Shown here piece by piece: positions 54,753-63,933 of a DNA stretch of 64,000 nt; position 1 is the first letter of the stretch; each line of letters opens with the position of its first letter. The notes beneath the pieces were generated by a model. It made no database searches. It was not told the DNA's origin and saw nothing but the letters and a program-made list of their open reading frames with translations. Position numbers and translations under genes: made by a program. The DNA comes from Vicinamibacteria bacterium. GTDB taxonomy: Bacteria > Acidobacteriota > Vicinamibacteria > Fen-336 > CBDFGD01. The stretch spans positions 12,503 to 76,502 of the forward strand of contig CBDFGD010000001.1 in assembly GCA_965246965.1 (NCBI GenBank). Direction: 5' to 3'.

Positions 54753-55256
54753 TTACTGATTCGGAGATCCGGAATCGTCGCCGCGTGGCCCGGCGCCGCG
54801 ACCACGAGGTCCTCGTCCGCGCCCACCGGCGGCGCGGGCCGCTTCCATGAGCTCGAGTTTTCGCTTCTGCTCGTCGGTGAGGATGGACTCGAGGTTGGCC
54901 TTGAAGGCCCCCCGAGCGGCCTTCGTCTGAGTCCGCAGCGCGTGGCCCGCGAGCTCGGCTTCGCCGAGCGCGCAGGGGTCTTGCGCCTCGAGCGCTCCTT
55001 GACGCTGCTCGCGCAGCTCGCGTTGCTGCTGCATGAGTGGCTCGACGGATGCGCGCATCTCCTGCTCGAAGCCTTCGAGCTGCTGACGCTGATCCTCGTT
55101 CAGATCGAGGTAGCGGGCGACCTGGCCGTGACCACCAGGGCCACCTGAGCCGCGGCGGCCGAATCCCCTGCCTTCGGGCGGTTGTGCGACGACCGCGGTG
55201 GCGAGCCCCAGCGCCAAAGCGGTGGCGGTCGCGAGAAGCACTCTGTTGTTGCTCAT
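54753..55256 (-). CDS. periplasmic Spy/CpxP-family (LTxxQ-motif) protein with RG-rich ends
   Basis: ATG at 55256. Signal peptide. LNEDQRQQLE and LTDEQKRKLE motifs. GRGFGRRGSGGPGGHG and a C-terminal GGRGRGPRGRGAGPRG. Confidence 0.7.
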   Translation of the reverse strand: MSNNRVLLATATALALGLATAVVAQPPEGRGFGRRGSGGPGGHGQVARYLDLNEDQRQQLEGFEQEMRASVEPLMQQQRELREQRQGALEAQDPCALGEAELAGHALRTQTKAARGAFKANLESILTDEQKRKLELMEAARAAGGRGRGPRGRGAGPRGDDSGSPNQ

Positions 55257-55438
55257 TGCTCGCCTCCTTGGGTCGAGTCCGTCGAGGGCCATCCTCGCCG
55301 GTTCACAAACAAAGTACGGACTCCGACCGGCTCTTGTCTTCATGTGGAGGCAAGGCTTGAGTAAGGAAGGTAAAGACCGGCCTGACGACAACCATCGCCG
55401 TGTCGAAGCTCGAGAGTCGCGGGCGGATGCCGCCGGCG

Positions 55439-56707
55439 TCAGACACCGAGGACCTCGCGCAGCAGCACGGCTAGGCGTCGATACTGGGCGCCGTGGTTGT
55501 AGAGCTGAGCCGACACGCGCACCAGACGGCCCGCTTCGTTGGGCCACGTGCAGAACCAGCTCTCGACGCCGTGCTCGCGCGTTCAATGCATGAGGCCTTC
55601 GTGATCGAGGTCGGCTGCCGGCGCGCCGGGGGCGGCCGGCGGCAGCGGGACGGAAGCGAGCGAGCCGACCAACTTGGCGGGGGCCGGCTCATCTGTCCCG
55701 AGCGCCCTGCAGAGGATCGTCCGGGCGCGCAACGCGAGAGCGTGGTTGGCCTCCATCAGCTCGCGCCAGCCGCCGGGCAACAGCTCGCCCAGGAAGCGGA
55801 TGCATTCGGGGATCACGAGCCACGGCGTCGGATCCAGCGTTCCGGTCCAGTCGAACTCCTCTTGGAAGCTGGCGCCTTCCCGCTCGGGGTCGTATCCATG
55901 GCTGATCGAGAGCGGGTGGATCCTCGACTGGAAGTCGCGCCGGACGTGCAGGAGCGCCGCCCCCTTCGGGGCACAAAGCCACTTGTGCGCGTTGGCCGTG
56001 TAGAAGGCGGCGCCGATGCGATCGAGATCGAGAGGCAGCATGCCGAGCGCGTGCGCGCCGTCGACGAGTGTCTCCACACCGCGCTCGCGTAGCGCGGAGA
56101 CGATCTGCGCCACCGGAAACACGAGGCCCGTCGGGCTGGTGACGTGATCGATCAGTGCGAATCGGGTTCGTGGCGTCACCGCTTCGACGACGGCGGCGAT
56201 GATCTGCTCAGCGGCCAGGAGCGGGAAGGGGACCTGGGCCACCACGACGCGGGCCTGCCGGGTGCGCGCCACGTGCTCAAACGCCTTGCGGCAGGCCCCG
56301 TAGGCGTGGTCGGTCGTCAGAACCTCGTCGCCCGCCGCGAGCGGCAGGCTGCGCGCGACGGCGCTCGTTCCGCTCGTGGCGTTCGACACGAAGGCGAGGT
56401 CGTCTACGCTCGCGCCGACGAAACGCGAGAGCGCCTCTCTCGCCGCGTCGATGCGCCGTTGCCAGTGACGCCACATGAAGTCGGTGGGCTCGCGCTCCAG
56501 CTCTCGGCGCAGCTCGGACTGATACCCGAGGATGGCGCGGGGGCAGGCTCCGAACGAGCCGTGGTTCAGGTAGTCGACACCGGGGTCCAGTAGCCAGAGG
56601 TCGGCGAACCGGCTGCCGGGGCGCTCGTCGTCCCGCATCGCGAGAGCGTATCCTCTCGGGCCATCAAATCGCGCGAGTTCCTTCCCGCGGCGTGCCGACC
56701 TCGCCAT
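55439..56707 (-). pseudogene. class-V aminotransferase-fold PLP enzyme (isopenicillin-N-epimerase/cysteine-desulfurase-like) with an in-frame TGA
   Basis: YLNHGSFGACP..., DHVTSPTG, and the PLP lysine block ANAHKWLCAPKG. ORF 55583..56881 stops at ...DHEGLMH*. The same frame continues TREHGVESWFCTWPNEAGRLVRVSAQLYNHGAQYRRLAVLLREVLGV* to 55439. The start (56707 or 56638) is uncertain. Confidence 0.8.
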
Positions 56708-56810
56708 GCCGGGGTCGGGGAAGCAAGGCGCATCCGTCCGTGTAAAGAAGCCGTAAAGATCGCGGTGGCGAGGCCGGCATGCTTCGGGCGCGGTGCTACA
56801 CTCCCGCGCG

Positions 56811-58553
56811 ATGTCGCGGTCGGAATCGCGCTCGACCGCCCTGGCGGCGGCGCTCCTCGTTCTTCTCGTGCTGCTGGCCACTCTCCAGTACAGGTGGCTG
56901 GGTCAGATCGCCGACGCCGAGCGGCACGAGCTTCAGGCTCGCGTCGACGAGGCCGCGCATCGCATCGCCGGCGATTTCGACCGCGAGCTGCAACGGGCCT
57001 TCGTCCATTTCTTCATCGACCCGCGGGCAGGGGCCACGGCTGTCGGCAGCTTGCCCTTGAGGGCTCGGGTGTGGCGAGCATCGGCCCAGCACCCCGAGCT
57101 GATCTCCGGCTTCTTCATGTTCAGCGAGGAGACGGGTCTCGTGAGGCTGAACGAAGAAACGGGCGAGCTGGAGCAGGCGGACTGGCCCGAGGAGCTCCGC
57201 GGCGTGGCCGAATCCTTCGAAGCTTCCAGTGGCCAGCGCGGCCCTTCGCGAATCATCGCTCAAAACGGGGGTGCGCTCGTCGTCCCGGTGCGTCCCGATC
57301 AGCCGGGCGTCCGCCCCCTGGCCGGCATCGTGCTTGGGCTCGATCTCGACTTTCTCGTCTCCGAGCTGTTGCCGGCGCTGATCGCGACCCACCTCGGGGA
57401 TGAGAGCGGAGGAGATTTCGAAGTGGCCGTGGTCGAGTCCGATTCGCGGCGAGTGATTCATCGCTCGACGGCTCACGCGCCGTTGTCTCGGCCGCCCGCG
57501 GATGCGGCAGCGCCCATGTTCGGCCTTCGCGGACGCGACGGCTTCCCCGCGAGCCGGCCCCCTGATTCGCTGGGTCGGAACGGCGCTCGCCGTCGTCGAC
57601 CCGGCGCCCGCGCCGCCTCCCAGGAGAGGGTGCGACCCACGGACCTCGCAGGGCCGCGCGGTCGCAGGGCGCGAGGCCGGAATCCCTGGGAGCAGCTGGC
57701 CGCTTCGGCCGGGCCGCGCTGGGAAATTCTCGTCGCGCATCGGGCCGGGTCGCTCGATGCCGTAGTGGCTCGGGCCCGCACCCGCAACCTCGTCGTGAGC
57801 AGCGGCGTGCTGCTGCTGCTGGCGGGCAGCTTCGTCTTTCTGATTCAGTCGAACAGGAGGGCTCACCGCCTCGCACAACAACAGCTGGACTTCGTTGCCG
57901 GAATCAGCCACGAACTCAACACGCCGCTCGCAGCGATTCGCTCGTCGGGTGAGAACCTCGCCGACGGTGTGGTGACGGATCCCGTGCGGGTGCGGGAGTA
58001 CGGCGCGCTCATCGGCCGCGAGGGGCGGCGCCTTTCCGGGCTGGTCGAGCAGGTTCTGGACTACGCGGGGCTCCGCTCGGGGCGGGACCACGATCGCCGG
58101 CCCGTCGACATTGCGGCTGCCGTCAGGGGGGCGCTCGAGGATTCCGAGACGGAGATCGCCACAGCCGGGTCCGCCGTAGAGACTTCCTTCGGGAAGGACT
58201 TGCCGAGTGTGCTCGGCGACGCTGCGGCGCTGCGCCGCGCCGTGCGAAACCTCATCTCGAACGCTGTGAAATACGGTGGCGGCTGGTTGCGGGTCAGCGT
58301 GTCCCGCGACGATAGCTTCGTCGTCGTCCGGGTCGGGGATCGGGGTCCGGGCATACCGGACGCCGAGCGCCGACGCGCATTCGAACCCTTCTACCGCGGC
58401 TCATCGGCGGCTTCGAACGTGCCCGGGACCGGATTGGGGTTGAGCATCGTGAAGGGCATCGTCGAAAAACACGGTGGGCGTGCCTCGATTCGAGGCGGCG
58501 AAGGGTGTGTCGTGGAGCTGCGCCTGCCGACGGCCCCGGTGCGCTCGGCGTGA
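56811..58553 (+). CDS. sensor histidine kinase
   Basis: N-terminal TM segment (ALAAALLVLLVLLATL), a large periplasmic-like region, a second TM segment, H-box FVAGISHELNTPL, N-box LISNAVKYG, and G-boxes DRGPGI and GTGLGLSIV. Confidence 0.9.
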   Translation: MSRSESRSTALAAALLVLLVLLATLQYRWLGQIADAERHELQARVDEAAHRIAGDFDRELQRAFVHFFIDPRAGATAVGSLPLRARVWRASAQHPELISGFFMFSEETGLVRLNEETGELEQADWPEELRGVAESFEASSGQRGPSRIIAQNGGALVVPVRPDQPGVRPLAGIVLGLDLDFLVSELLPALIATHLGDESGGDFEVAVVESDSRRVIHRSTAHAPLSRPPADAAAPMFGLRGRDGFPASRPPDSLGRNGARRRRPGARAASQERVRPTDLAGPRGRRARGRNPWEQLAASAGPRWEILVAHRAGSLDAVVARARTRNLVVSSGVLLLLAGSFVFLIQSNRRAHRLAQQQLDFVAGISHELNTPLAAIRSSGENLADGVVTDPVRVREYGALIGREGRRLSGLVEQVLDYAGLRSGRDHDRRPVDIAAAVRGALEDSETEIATAGSAVETSFGKDLPSVLGDAAALRRAVRNLISNAVKYGGGWLRVSVSRDDSFVVVRVGDRGPGIPDAERRRAFEPFYRGSSAASNVPGTGLGLSIVKGIVEKHGGRASIRGGEGCVVELRLPTAPVRSA

Positions 58554-59251
58554 GCGGAGCCGCGACGGCTGCGCGCCGCATCCTCGTAGTCGAGGACGAG
58601 TCGAGCCTCGCCGTGACTCTGTCCGACCGGCTGACGTCGGAAGGCTACGAGGTGGAGCTGGCCGGTGATGGCGACGCGGGCTACGCGGCCGCCCTCGAGG
58701 GTTCTTTCGACTTGATCTTGCTCGATCTGAATCTGCCCAAGCGAAGCGGCTTCGACGTGTGCCGCGACCTGCGCAAGCGCGGCTACGCTCAGCCGGTTCT
58801 CATGCTGACGGCGCGCGCCCAGGTCGTCGACAAGGTCGTCGGCCTCAAGCTGGGCGGCGACGACTACCTCACGAAGCCGTTCGAGATGGCGGAGCTGCTC
58901 GCTCGCGTCGAGGCGCTGCTGCGTCGCACCGCGCCCGCCAACGGCGAGGCCGGCAGCTTCGTCTTCGGCGACGTCAGGGTGGATTTCCGGCGAGCCGAGG
59001 TCACGAAGGCCGGCGGCCTGGTCGAGCTCGCGCCCCTCGAGCTGAAGCTGCTGCGCTACTTCATCGAGCACCGAGGCGGCGTCATCGCCCGCTCGGAGCT
59101 GCTCGAGAAGGTCTGGGGTTACGACAACCTTCCCTATACCCGCACGGTCGATGTCCACGTAGCGTCGCTACGACAGAAGCTCGAGCGGGATCCGTCCCAC
59201 CCGGAGCACATCCTCACGGTTCGCGGTCTCGGCTATCGGTTCTCGGGCTGA
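58550..59251 (+). CDS. OmpR/PhoB-family response regulator
   Basis: The GTG overlaps the kinase stop. ILVVEDE...LILLDLNLPKRSG...LTA...K. The winged-helix C-terminus ends ...ILTVRGLGYRF. Confidence 0.9.
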   Translation: MSGAATAARRILVVEDESSLAVTLSDRLTSEGYEVELAGDGDAGYAAALEGSFDLILLDLNLPKRSGFDVCRDLRKRGYAQPVLMLTARAQVVDKVVGLKLGGDDYLTKPFEMAELLARVEALLRRTAPANGEAGSFVFGDVRVDFRRAEVTKAGGLVELAPLELKLLRYFIEHRGGVIARSELLEKVWGYDNLPYTRTVDVHVASLRQKLERDPSHPEHILTVRGLGYRFSG

Positions 59252-59308
59252 CGCTGCGACGGGCTGGCAAGCGCGCCCCGAGCGCCAGGGGATCCGCGTC
59301 GCGCCGAG

Positions 59309-60118
59309 CTAAGAGCCCTGGCGAATCTCCCACGTGAGACCCGCGGTGAACCCCCACTCGCCATCGGCGGGCATGAAGCCGCGACGCAGCGCCAGGTCCC
59401 ACCGGACGCGACCCTCGCCCAGACGAACGCCGGCGCGGGCTTCGCCGTGCTCGTCCGTACCCGCCTGGCCGTCGCCCAGCAGGCCGGCCGCTTCGAGCAC
59501 CGCTTCGAATCGTGCGAAGCGACGCGTGAGCGCTGCGCCGTACTGCAGGAAATCGCTCTGCGACGGGAGGTCCGCGATCTGATCGTGGATGGCCAGCCCG
59601 GCGTTGAGATGGATCCCGAAGCCTGAGCCGAAGCTCTTGCTCAGGAGCATTTGAGCGGACATGCGGATGGTGTTGGGCCCGAGCGCCTCGGGGGTGAAGC
59701 TCGTCTGCGGCAGCGTCACCGAGAAGCGAGCTCCGATGGCGGGCCGCCTCGAGCCCTCTTCGACGAAGCGGACCTTGGCCCTGAGCGCGACGTCGCCGAA
59801 GTCGGACACCGTGCCGAACTCGGGATCGTCGATGGCGAAGGTCCGGACGACCCAGCCGAGATCGAGCTCCACGTTGTCGCTAGGGGAGTAGACGAGGTTC
59901 GGGGTCGGACCCTCTGCGCGGTCGCGGAGCTCCCCGCTGAGGAAGCTGGGCTCGTTGGTGATGGCGTCGACACCGACCTCGAGCCGGATCGTTCCCGCGG
60001 GGGCGGTGCCCGCCTCCTCGGTCAGGAGGGGCCGCGTCTGGGCCCAGGAGGGTCCGGCCGAGAGAGCGAGGGCAGCGCCAAGCAGAGCGTTGTGGCCGTG
60101 ACGTTTCGCGCTCCTCAT
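59309..60118 (-). CDS. outer-membrane beta-barrel protein (hypothetical)
   Basis: ATG at 60118. Signal peptide ...ALSAGPSWAQ. The sequence has an alternating amphipathic strand pattern and ends in an aromatic-rich last strand (GFTAGLTWEI...). Confidence 0.6.
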   Translation of the reverse strand: MRSAKRHGHNALLGAALALSAGPSWAQTRPLLTEEAGTAPAGTIRLEVGVDAITNEPSFLSGELRDRAEGPTPNLVYSPSDNVELDLGWVVRTFAIDDPEFGTVSDFGDVALRAKVRFVEEGSRRPAIGARFSVTLPQTSFTPEALGPNTIRMSAQMLLSKSFGSGFGIHLNAGLAIHDQIADLPSQSDFLQYGAALTRRFARFEAVLEAAGLLGDGQAGTDEHGEARAGVRLGEGRVRWDLALRRGFMPADGEWGFTAGLTWEIRQGS

Positions 60119-61005
60119 TCGGCCCCCGGGACTCGGGGCGCGGGCCCAAAGCCACCTTGAAGGCCCGCCAGCGATGCCGCGTCTCCCACACCGAAGCGAA
60201 CGCCGAACAAAGCCCGATCGAGCTTGGCTGGTTGGTCGAGATAGACGTCGTTGATGCGTTCGTAGGCCACGAACAGCTCTCCCAGTTGGTTGCCGCGCGC
60301 GAGCCGGCCGCCAGTCTCGATCCACAAGTCGACGAAGTTTCCTCTCAACAAGGGCTCCTCCGGTTCTACAGCGACGAAGCGTCCCGCCATTCGAAGGTAG
60401 ACGCCCTTGTCCACCCGCTGCCACAGGTCCGCCTCCACACGACCTGTCAGGACGAGCTCGTACCCTACGCCCGAGGCGAGCGTCGCGTATCCGATGCTTC
60501 CGCCGGCTCGAACCGGGACGCCGAGGCCCGTGGGGATCTGTTTCAGAGCCCGCACGCCGAGCAGGTTCCAGTCGATGGCGGGCTCCTTGTCCCGATCGGA
60601 GAGGTGGCGTGATACGTGGTGAAAGAAAATCTCGAAGAGCCAGCCGCGTCGACGTCGACGAACGCCCAGCTCCAACCCATAGGCCGCCTGGCTCGGATCG
60701 AATACCCGGCGTGTGTCGCCGATCACGGTCTGGATCTCAGCGCTGCCGAAGACGGACACTTCGCCGATCCGGAAGAAACCCACTGAGCCCCCGATCCAGC
60801 TCGTCCAGTGGAGGTCGGGTTCGGTCGGCGCGTAGCGGGCGCCCATCAGGTGCAGCCCGAACTCGGGGAACAGCAGCGATTCTTCCGAAGACTCCTCTTC
60901 CTGCGCTTCGGGTTCGGCCTCCGCCGCCGTCTGCGCCCGGGCGATGGTGGCGCCGTCTATCCCGACCAGACACACCAGGGCCATTGAGAGTCTTAGTGGA
61001 TTCAT
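60115..61005 (-). CDS. hypothetical secreted / outer-membrane-associated protein
   Basis: Signal peptide MNPLRLSMALVCLVGIDGATIARAQ, an acidic linker, and a beta-rich body. Its stop overlaps the next gene's ATG (ATGA). Confidence 0.55.
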   Translation of the reverse strand: MNPLRLSMALVCLVGIDGATIARAQTAAEAEPEAQEEESSEESLLFPEFGLHLMGARYAPTEPDLHWTSWIGGSVGFFRIGEVSVFGSAEIQTVIGDTRRVFDPSQAAYGLELGVRRRRRGWLFEIFFHHVSRHLSDRDKEPAIDWNLLGVRALKQIPTGLGVPVRAGGSIGYATLASGVGYELVLTGRVEADLWQRVDKGVYLRMAGRFVAVEPEEPLLRGNFVDLWIETGGRLARGNQLGELFVAYERINDVYLDQPAKLDRALFGVRFGVGDAASLAGLQGGFGPAPRVPGAE

Positions 61006-61076
61006 TCACCCCTCGTTGCCGAAGCGCCGAGACTAGCATCCTTGACCGCGTCTCGCGGCGTCCGCTAGCCTGCCGC

Positions 61077-63797
61077 GTGCCATCACGTCGCCGGTCCTCG
61101 TCGCGGAAGTCCGGACCGGGCTTCCGAGTCATCCGAAACGTTCTCCTCGCGGCGTTGGCGATCTCGCCTCGCCTCGCTTCCGCGGCCGACGCCTCGCTCG
61201 TGGTCCGTGGCGCGCTTCCCGTCGGGAGTCGCGTCGAGCTGTCGCCGCTTCAGGGTCACGGCGAGAGCCGCGTTTTGACGCTGGAAGATGCAGGGCAAAC
61301 GGTTTCATTCAACAGCCGGGCCGGTGGCTACGCGTTGTCGGTGATCCTGGAGTCCGGCGAGTCGGGGCGCGTGGAGCTCGCGCTTCGAGCGGACGAGACG
61401 ACCGTCGTGCGCTTTCCCGGGGCGGGGAGCGAGTGGAGCCTCGAGGTCGTCGATCAGGTGCGCAGTGGTGAAGGGGAGTTGTTCGACGCGGCGTTGCTCA
61501 GAGACCTTCCTTCGAATCGCAACATCTTCGGATTCCCGGAGACGGTCGATGCTGTCGCCGTCGTCGACCGGATGGACAATGGCGGCCTGTACGGCAGTGA
61601 GCCCGGCCTCGTCGGGGCCCATGGCACCTCCTGGACCCAGACCGCCTTTCAACTCGACAGGATCGACGTCACCGACCCGTCTCGGCTTGGGACTCCTCTG
61701 CTGGTGCCCGACATCGAGCTGCTGTCGGCGGTCGACCTCGGCTACGGGGCTGCCCCCGGAGACATCCGGGATCCGGGCGCACGCTTCACGCTCGTGCCGC
61801 GGCGCCACGGCGAGCGCTGGTCCGGCACGGCACAAGCGTACTGGACGCCTCCTGGACTGCACAGCGAGCGGGAGGCGTTTCCGCCAAACATCGCGCGCTA
61901 CGCCGCCTGGAACGATGCGAGCCTGACGGGGAGCGGCCCACTCGGCGAGCGAACCGGCCTGACGCTCGCGGGCCGCTACACGCGCGCCGATCGGCTCGAG
62001 CGGTTCGACCCGACCGTGCTCCGTTCGCGCCTCTTCACGCTCTCGGGAAACCTGGTCTCGCAGATCGGTGACGCGTCGGAGCTGCGGGTGCTCGCGGCGT
62101 TGGGAGCCGGCTCCTCGCCCTACGCCGGGCGCGCCCGCTTCGCCTCGCGCGACGTCGCGCAGGACGAGCGCTATCTCCATCTCCAGTCGACCTGGCAGCG
62201 GCGACCCGCACGAGGACACGGCTGGAGCGTCAGTGCCGGGGTGTCCCTCGGCAGCTTCGACCCGGACACCTCCGGTCGCGGCGGCGGCACCGTCGAGCGT
62301 CTGCTCGATGGGCCGGTTCCGTCGCTCTTCGAGCCGGGCCGCAGTGTCACGCGCCTGGACCTGTCCGGCCGCTTCGAGCCCGACCTCAGCGGGTGGCACG
62401 GCGGCCGGCACAGGCTCCGCCTCGGTGCCAGTCTGAATCGCAGCTCGGCCTCTTACGATCCGCTGGCGACACCCGATCCCGCAGCGGAGCTGCTTGACGG
62501 TGGCGCCGCACGAGTCTGGGAAGTCACCGCTCCGCTCGAGTCGCGCCGGCACCTGACCGACTTCGCGTTCTTCGCCACCGACCGGTTCACGATCGGTACA
62601 CGAGGCTTCCTCGAGGCGGGGCTGCGCTTCGACGCCACGAGCGGCTCCACCGACGGCGCCACACAGGGGATCTCCTGGAATCAGCTGTCGCCGCGCCTGG
62701 CGGCTCGCTTCGAGATCCTCACCGACGGACAGCTGACCTTCATAGGGAGTGCCGGACGCTATCGCCATCGACTCGGGCTCTCGCATCTGGCGTGGGGCGA
62801 CCCCGCCGCGCCGTCCGGCGCGAACTACTTATGGAACGATCGCAACGGTGACGCGATCTTTCAGGCCGAAGAACGTGGTGCTCTCATCAGCCGCATCGGG
62901 CCCGGCGCCCCCGACGGAGCGCTGACGGCGATCGATCCCAGCCTCGCGCCGCCCTTCACCGAAGAGGTCTTCCTCGGCCTCGCAAGTCGGATCACCGACA
63001 CCTGGACCGCCCGCTTCGTCGCGTTCGCCCGCCGCGAGAAGAGCCTCGTCGAGACCGTGAACGTCGGCGTGCCGGAATCGGCCTACTCGGTCTTCTTCAT
63101 CCCCGATCCCGGTGGCGACATCGTCGGTCCCGACGACGATCAATTGCTCCCCGCCTACGATCGTGACCCGGCGAGCTTCGGCGAGGACCGCTATCTGCTC
63201 ACGAATCCGGAAGAGCATTCCACGACCCACGAGAGTGTCGAGTTCACTCTGGCGCGACGCTTCGGAAGCCGCTTCTGGATGCTCTTCGGGGCCACGGCCG
63301 CGCAGACCAAAGGGTCTCCCGGCAATCAGGGCTACCGCATCAACGAGAACGAGCAGGGCATCGTGGGCGAGCTGTTCGACAACCCGAACGCCGATACGCT
63401 CAAAGACGGCCGGCTGTTCTTCGACCGGGCCTACACGATGAGCGGCTCGGCGATCTATCGCGGCGCGGGCGACTGGCGTGCCGCGATCGTCACGCGCTAT
63501 CAGGATGGACAGAACTTCTCGCGGCTCGTCATCGCGGACCTGGCCCAGGGGCCGACCGCGATCCGTTCCGTCCCCAACTCACGCCACCGCTTTACGTTCA
63601 CGCTGAACCTGGACCTGCGTCTCGAGAAGGGCTTTCGCTTCGGAGAGCAGCGCCTGGCGCTGATCGCCGAGGGCTTCAACCTTCTCGACACGTCCAACGA
63701 GGTCGAGGAAGACGTGGTGACGGGACCGGCGTTCCGAACCGAGACCGCGCTTCAACCCGGGCGTGCGCTTCGCTTCGGCCTCCGCTTCGATTTCTAG
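61077..63797 (+). CDS. TonB-dependent-receptor-like outer-membrane protein with an N-terminal carboxypeptidase-regulatory-like domain
   Basis: GTG at 61077. Signal peptide ...AISPRLASAAD. About 900 aa and beta-rich. The C-terminal barrel signature is ...NLLDTSNEV...ALRFGLRFDF*. The start is uncertain. Confidence 0.75.
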   Translation: MPSRRRSSSRKSGPGFRVIRNVLLAALAISPRLASAADASLVVRGALPVGSRVELSPLQGHGESRVLTLEDAGQTVSFNSRAGGYALSVILESGESGRVELALRADETTVVRFPGAGSEWSLEVVDQVRSGEGELFDAALLRDLPSNRNIFGFPETVDAVAVVDRMDNGGLYGSEPGLVGAHGTSWTQTAFQLDRIDVTDPSRLGTPLLVPDIELLSAVDLGYGAAPGDIRDPGARFTLVPRRHGERWSGTAQAYWTPPGLHSEREAFPPNIARYAAWNDASLTGSGPLGERTGLTLAGRYTRADRLERFDPTVLRSRLFTLSGNLVSQIGDASELRVLAALGAGSSPYAGRARFASRDVAQDERYLHLQSTWQRRPARGHGWSVSAGVSLGSFDPDTSGRGGGTVERLLDGPVPSLFEPGRSVTRLDLSGRFEPDLSGWHGGRHRLRLGASLNRSSASYDPLATPDPAAELLDGGAARVWEVTAPLESRRHLTDFAFFATDRFTIGTRGFLEAGLRFDATSGSTDGATQGISWNQLSPRLAARFEILTDGQLTFIGSAGRYRHRLGLSHLAWGDPAAPSGANYLWNDRNGDAIFQAEERGALISRIGPGAPDGALTAIDPSLAPPFTEEVFLGLASRITDTWTARFVAFARREKSLVETVNVGVPESAYSVFFIPDPGGDIVGPDDDQLLPAYDRDPASFGEDRYLLTNPEEHSTTHESVEFTLARRFGSRFWMLFGATAAQTKGSPGNQGYRINENEQGIVGELFDNPNADTLKDGRLFFDRAYTMSGSAIYRGAGDWRAAIVTRYQDGQNFSRLVIADLAQGPTAIRSVPNSRHRFTFTLNLDLRLEKGFRFGEQRLALIAEGFNLLDTSNEVEEDVVTGPAFRTETALQPGRALRFGLRFDF

Positions 63798-63803
63798 CGC
63801 CCC

Positions 63804-63888
63804 TCGTCATCCCGAGCGCGATCTTCAGTGAAACGGGAGCGAGGGAGCCCGCGAGGTGAGATGCCTCCTCTGGCTGTCTCTCTCTCGC
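63804..63888 (+). repeat. dispersed structured repeat, copy E (left arm)
   Basis: CTCGTCATCCCGAGCGCGATCTTCAGT...GCGAGGGAGCCCGCGAGGTGAGATGCCTCCTCTGGCTGTCTCTC matches 5374-5435 and the left half of the full units. Confidence 0.6.
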
Positions 63889-63933
63889 CGGTTGCGTTCG
63901 GTCAGCGTGGCCCGACTCGGAGCGGTACCCGAG

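Noticed and set aside
54330-55148. A 272-aa plus-strand Pro-rich ORF (PPPERPPWRPPPMPPPDWPPP...) as a real proline-rich protein
   Set aside because: It is the antisense reading of the Gly/Arg-rich tract. The minus-strand genes have signal peptides, LTxxQ motifs and sensible domain structure.
55583-55585. TGA (and TAG at 34263) as recoded sense, selenocysteine or pyrrolysine codons
   Set aside because: Both codons terminate many well-delimited genes in this window. The interrupted positions are not catalytic Cys sites. I see no convincing stem-loop immediately downstream. Mutation or base error is simpler.
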